Assembly: GCF_902713615.1 (NCBI RefSeq) | Contig: NW_024055445.1 | Span: 124,001 to 188,000 of the forward strand | DNA from: Scyliorhinus canicula | Taxonomy: Eukaryota | DNA: 64,000 nucleotides | Direction of reading: 5' to 3' | Shown: positions 58,690 to 64,000 of the stretch, piece after piece | Layout of the letters: each line of letters starts with the position of its first letter | How positions within the stretch are numbered: position 1 is the stretch's first letter | Position numbers and translations under genes: made by a program | The notes under the pieces: generated by a model | Database searches by the model: none | The model's input: only the letters and a program-made list of their open reading frames with translations | What the model was told of the DNA's origin: nothing

Positions 58690-59570
58690 CATCCCTCCAG
58701 ATCCTGGCCCTTCATGGATTTAATGAAGGCCAAGGCGATAGTTGGATTATTGAAAGACTTGATGGAGTTGTTGGATACCATTTTTTGGGTCTCAGGATAA
58801 AGCATGACGTAATTCACGACCCACAGGCTTGAGCTGCCTATGAACTTCATCGAAGCCTCGACGCTTCGTTTGTGTTGCTGACGAAAGTCCTGAATCGTCC
58901 CTCTCTCCTGGAGCCAGATGCCACCTCACCGTTCCCTCTCCAGGACATTCTGGCGATCTTTCCAGTTGTGGAAGTGAATGATTATAGGCCTGGGATGAAA
59001 ACTATCCCTCAGCCTCAGAGACAGGATACGATACATCCTTTCCAATTTGAAACACCCAGGCTTCACATCCAGCTTGCGAAAACGTGGCTTCCGGTCCTCG
59101 AAGAACTAACGGGAGCCTTACCATCCACACCTTCTGACAGGCCGTCAACTCGGATGTTCTTTCTCTGACACTCGGTTCTCCAAATCCTCTAGGACCTCCG
59201 CCAGCCACTCGGCTGGTTCTCAAAGGATTGAATTCTTGCCTCTGTTGAGGAGGCATCTTGCTGAATGTTCAGGATTCTCTCCTCCGGATCATCGAGCCTC
59301 TTCCTGGTGTTTTGCAGCTGGGCCTCATGAGCTCACAGATATTGAGTCAGCACACTCCGCCTCTGGTCAGTAACACGGATAATGTCGGCAGTCATCATTT
59401 TCGCCACCTCTTGAGAGAGCCCCACAGAGTGCGGGATTGTGAGACCTCCTGAGGGTCAGGCCGCATTGTTGAAAAGGCGGCTTCATTCCCGCTGAATCCA
59501 CCTGCGCTGTTTTATCAGCCATTTCTTCACTTTTTACAGCATAATCCTTCCAGACCGAACCCTGAAGTCT
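58690..59570 (-). pseudogene. Degenerate L1-type ORF1 (Transposase_22-like)
   Basis: Frameshifted minus-strand translation gives EDLENR..KNIRV.GLSEGV.GK and GFDEV..QL...Y.MLYP...KSFNNPTIALAFIK, resembling L1 ORF1p motifs. Confidence 0.65.
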
Positions 59571-60530
59571 TCCAGGGACATGATAACAAATATTAATTCA
59601 AGGATTAGGTAGATGAGTGCCAGGCAATCAGGATAAGTGACAGATCATAGGTCAGTGGCACTAGAACCTGCGGAAAACAAGCTAATCCCATTCTGGTGGG
59701 AGGGATTTCTTCACTCGAGGATATGGTGAAGCTTTGGAATTCTCTACCTCCGAGGATTGTGCAGCTTCAGTCGTCAAGTATGTTCAAGACACAGATTGAC
59801 AAGTTTCTGGATATTGAAGATGTCGAGGGATATGGGGATAAAGTGGGAAAACGGTGCTGAGCTAGATCGGCTAAGGATCCCATTGAATGGTTCAGCTTCA
59901 ATGGGCCGAATGGCCGACTGCAACTCCTATTTGTTATGATCTCCTGGACAGGAAGCTGTGAGCTTGGATCTGTCAATCAACATGAATCAGCACCTTCAGG
60001 AGAATTGGGAGGGTGAATATTAGATACAGCAGAGTGAGAATGGAGGGAGATTGTGTGGGATGGAGATTTACAGCTTTCGGGGAATAAGATAGAGGAAACA
60101 ATGTGACATAGAAACTAGCATTGTCCTGAGTTTCAATCCTGTACTGACAGTGACGAATTTTGTAAATTGTTTCTTCCAGGATATTAGACAAGGAGGAATT
60201 ACAGACAGAAATCTCAAATGTTACGTCCCGATCTGACAGCCACTCCCTTCCTTGGAACCTGAATACCATCGGGCTTTCAATCTAGAAGGAGAAATGTTTA
60301 CCCGGACTGTTAGCTAAACATTTCAACCATTAGTGCGACTGGAAAAGCACCGAGACCCACACAACACACACCCGAGTGAGAGAGTTCCAGAGAACTGACT
60401 GTGGAAAGAGCTTTAACCAGTTACACAGCCTGAAAAACACAACCTTCAGAGTGAGGAGAGACCATACCTGTGTTGTGGATGAGGCTTCAACTGATTGTCC
60501 AACCTGCAGAGACGTGAGGAGACCCAAAAC

Positions 60531-61349
60531 ATGGAGAAACCGTGGAAATGTAGGGATTGTGGGAAGGGATTCAGAGTCCCATCTCAGCTGGAAATTCATC
60601 AACGCAGTCACACTGGGGAGAGGCCATTCACCTGCTCGAAGTGTGGGAAGGGATTTACTCAGTTCTCCAGTCTGCAGAAACATCAGCGAGTTCACACTGG
60701 GGAGAGGCCATTCACCTGCTCAAAGTGTGGGAAGGGATTTACTCAGTTCTCCAGTCTGCAGACACATCAGCGAGTTCACACTGGGGAGAAGCCATTCACC
60801 TGCTCCCAGTGTGGGAAGGGATTTACTCAATTATATCACCTTCAGAGACACCTGCGAGTTCACACTGGAGAGAGGCCGTTCACCTGCTCTCAGTGTGGGA
60901 AAGGATTTGCTGAAGTATCCAACCTGCAGTCACACCAGCGAGTTCACACTGGGGAGAGGCCGTTCACCTGCTCTGAGTGTGGGAAAGGATTTACTCAATT
61001 ATCTCACCTGCGGACACACCAGCGAGTTCACACTGGGGAGAGGCCGTTCACCTGCTCTCAATGTGGGAAAGGATTTGCTGAAGTATCCAACCTGCGGAGA
61101 CACCAGCGAGTTCAGAATGGGGAGAGACCATTCACCTGCTTTCAGTGTGGGAACGGATTCACTCGGTTATCTCACCTGCGGACACACCAGCGAGTTCACA
61201 CTGGGGAGAGGCCATTGATCTGCTCTCAGTGTGGGAAAGGATTTACTCGTTTATCCAACCTGCGGAGACACCAGCGAATTCACACTGGGGAGACGCCGTC
61301 CACCTCTCACTGTGAGATGGGATTGCATGTTTCATCGCACCTGCTGTGA
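60531..61349 (+). CDS. C2H2 zinc-finger protein, 272 aa, 9 tandem fingers (finger 7 lacks its last His)
   Basis: [14 protein letters not shown] followed by [15 protein letters not shown]...H...H repeats; candidate acceptor TTCTTCCAG at 60179; no KRAB domain seen. Confidence 0.88.
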   Translation: MEKPWKCRDCGKGFRVPSQLEIHQRSHTGERPFTCSKCGKGFTQFSSLQKHQRVHTGERPFTCSKCGKGFTQFSSLQTHQRVHTGEKPFTCSQCGKGFTQLYHLQRHLRVHTGERPFTCSQCGKGFAEVSNLQSHQRVHTGERPFTCSECGKGFTQLSHLRTHQRVHTGERPFTCSQCGKGFAEVSNLRRHQRVQNGERPFTCFQCGNGFTRLSHLRTHQRVHTGERPLICSQCGKGFTRLSNLRRHQRIHTGETPSTSHCEMGLHVSSHLL

Positions 61350-61814
61350 CACCAACAATTTCACAATCGATTACAGGGGTTGGATTCGGCTGTTATTGTT
61401 CCTGCTCTATATCCAGGACTGCATTTTGTTCATTCTGACAGGTGGTCAGTGGGGATGGTTGGAGGGTTTCTTTCTGCTGGACTGGCCGGTCTCACCACTT
61501 TGCCTCCAGTCGGCTGATTCTCTTTGAGCTTTGTTGCTAATACCTGGTTTCAAATTGCACAAGGATCTCCGAGTGAAAGGGTGTTTGGTAGTGTGAAGAT
61601 ATTTAGTTTCCATTTCTGTTTCAAACCCTCCAAGCATGCCATGTTGCCATGGAGATGGGCCCTGGTGGTTACCTGGTTCTTTTGTTTAAGTTATCTGGGT
61701 GTTCCTCACATAAGAAAACTATCAGGGTATGAGCGGCAAGTTGTCTGAGGTGGATTGGGAAACTGATTGGTACAGGGAATACCTAATGTTTAAGAAATTA
61801 TTACATATTTATCA

Positions 61815-62030
61815 GGGGGTCGGTCAGCTCAGTTGGCTGGACGGCTGGTTCGTGATGCAGAGTGAGGCCAACAGTGAGGATTCAACTCCCGTATTAGCTG
61901 AGTTGATTCATGAAGGCCCGCCCTTCTCAACCAGGCCCCTCGCCTGAGGTGTGCTGACCCTCGGGTTAAATCACCTCCAGTCAGTTCTCTCTCTGTCAAA
62001 GGGGAGAGCAGCCTATGCTCCTCTGGGATT
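61815..62030 (+). mobile_element. Third SINE family copy
   Basis: CAGCTCAGTTGGCTGGACGGCTGGTTCGTG head; same family as 45770-45960 and the minus-strand fragment at ~57225-57310. Confidence 0.7.
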
Positions 62031-62941
62031 TTTGCAACTTTTATTTCACATAAATACAACAAATATAGATTCCTTTAAAGAATAAAAATCCAACAGGAAA
62101 AGTGATGGAACCATGGCTAACAAGAAAAGTTAAAGATTCATGAGATCCATTAGAATTCAGCAAAGGAGGACCAAGAAACTGATGAGAGCAAACTGGTGAG
62201 AAACATAAAAACCGACTGGAAAAGCTTTGACAGGAATGTGAAAAGGAAAAGATTAGCAAAGAACAATGTGGGTCCATTCCAGGCAGAGACAGGAGAGTTT
62301 ATAATGGGGAGTAAGGAAATGGCAGAGAAACTGAACAATGTGTGTCTGTCTTCACGGAGGAAGATGCAAAAATTTCCCGAAAACCCGAGAGACCCAAGGG
62401 GCTCGTGAGCACAAGGAACAGTAAGAGATGAGAATTAGTGAAAAAGTAGTACTGGAGAAATTAATGGGGTTGGAAGTGAATAAATCCCCAAAAGCTGATG
62501 ATCCACATACCAGAGTGCTGAACGAGGTGGCTGTAGAGATCTGTATTCCTCATTCTAAATTCTCCTGACTCTATCTGGAATGGACAAACTTTTCCTTTTT
62601 ACGTACCTATAGAAACCTTTACCATCCATTTTTATGTAATTTGCTGTTTCACATTCATATTCTATTCTCCCTCGGTGTCTTGGTCCTTTGCTCTATTATA
62701 AAATCGTCCCAATCCTCAGGTTTATTCCTATTTCTGATAACTTTATCAGCCTTTTCTTTCAATCTTTTACAAAACTTCACTTCCTCTGGTAGTCAGTTCT
62801 CTGACCTTTTGGGGTTCTTGTGCTCTGAAGGAAAGTAAACTGTGTAATAATTATTGAAAGTCTATCCATTGCCTGTGGACTGTCATATTTTAATGTATTT
62901 ACCCCAATCCTCCTCAGCTAATTTGTCCCTTCAACCTTTCA

Positions 62942-63125
62942 GGGGCTGGTTTAGCTCACAAGGCTAAATCGCTGGCTTATAAAGCAGACCAAGCAGGCCA
63001 GCAGCACGGTTCGATTCCCTTACCAGCCTCCCCGGACAGGCGCCGGAATGTGCCGACTAGGGGCTTTTCACAGTAACTTCATTGAAGCCTACTCGTGACA
63101 ATAAGCGATTTTCATTTTCATTTCA
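62942..63125 (+). mobile_element. Second SINE family, full copy within CR1 fragments (62060-63830)
   Basis: GGGGCTGGTTTAGCTCA head, GGTTCGATTCC B box, (TTTTCA)n tail. Confidence 0.85.
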
Positions 63126-64000
63126 TAACTTCCTTCAAGCTTAGTACCCTGGCTTCAGATTGGAATACCTCATATTCAATATTCTGGTCACTCATCCCTA
63201 AAGGTTGTTTTCAGCGCGATTATCAATTAGCCCTTTATCATTGCATCATACTAGATCTACAAGAGCCTGTTCTCTAGTCGGTTCCTCAACATACTGCTGT
63301 AGATAACTGTCCCTAACACACTCCAAAAACTTGTCCTCCACAGCATCAGTGTCCATTAAGTTTACCCAGTCTATGTGCAGATTGAAGTCACCCGTTAATG
63401 TTTTACCCATGCTACATCCTTCTCTAATCTCCGATTAATACCTTGTACCACACAACCCGTACTGTTTGGTGGCCTATAACAGCTCTTACCAATGTTTCCT
63501 GCCCCATGCTGTTTCTTGAATCCACCCAAACATATTCCACGTTTTGTATTCCTGATCTGAGATCCACCCTTACTAATGTTATGATGCTGTCCCTTATTAT
63601 CTGAGCAACGCCACCTGCTTTTCCTTTTTGCCTGCATCATCAGCAAACTAAGCGACCATACCTTTGGTACTGTCATCAAAGTCATTGATATAAATTGTAA
63701 AACGTTGAGGCTCCAGCACTGATGGATGTGACACATCACTCATTACATCTTGCCCACCAGAAAATGGCCTATTTGTGCCTCCTCTCTGTTTTCTGGCAGC
63801 TGGCTAATCTTTCACTGTGAAAGACAGTTCTGGGATTAAAGGCTGCCTGACTGTGAAAAGAACGCAAGTAAATCCTGGGGAATGACTCATTACTTCGGAC
63901 TGGTTCTGAGATAATTCAGTTTCGACTTGCAGGGCAAAGTAACTATAATCGTGCAGTTCGAATTTAGATTGCGTAACTGTGGTATGGTAGCACAGTGGTT

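Noticed and set aside
60376-61218. 280-aa ORF overlapping the ZNF
   Set aside because: Alternative frame of the 84-bp finger repeat.

Overview
Eukaryotic, repeat-rich cartilaginous-fish DNA. A shark, probably a catshark-like species, is inferred from the SINE/CR1 repertoire and the cluster-type IgH organisation. The core is one complete IgM heavy-chain cluster on the + strand: leader, VH (23-RSS), D1 (12/22-RSS), a D2 already fused to JH, Cmu1-4 with secretory tail, TM1 and TM2 (23096-53978), with all exons open. The 21.9-kb J-C intron holds a young, antisense 9,812-bp retrovirus-like LTR element (30317-40128). It has 949-bp LTRs with 2 mismatches seen by eye, a 4-bp TSD, an Arg-type PBS and gag-UGA-CGG-pol in one frame. 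Its Pol has both a degenerate tether RNase H and a second intact RNase H, and a 117-aa single-pass membrane ORF sits where env would be. The same intron has an AGCT-dense 29-bp array and a G5-rich 20-bp array just upstream of Cmu1. Upstream are a full-length hAT transposon broken only by two homopolymer +1 frameshifts, a ~3.5-kb tandem duplication, and a 205-bp foldback insertion with a minimal hammerhead ribozyme. Downstream are a C2H2 zinc-finger gene, an inverted ZNF relic and an L1 ORF1 relic. All alignments and counts were done by eye; no database search was run.
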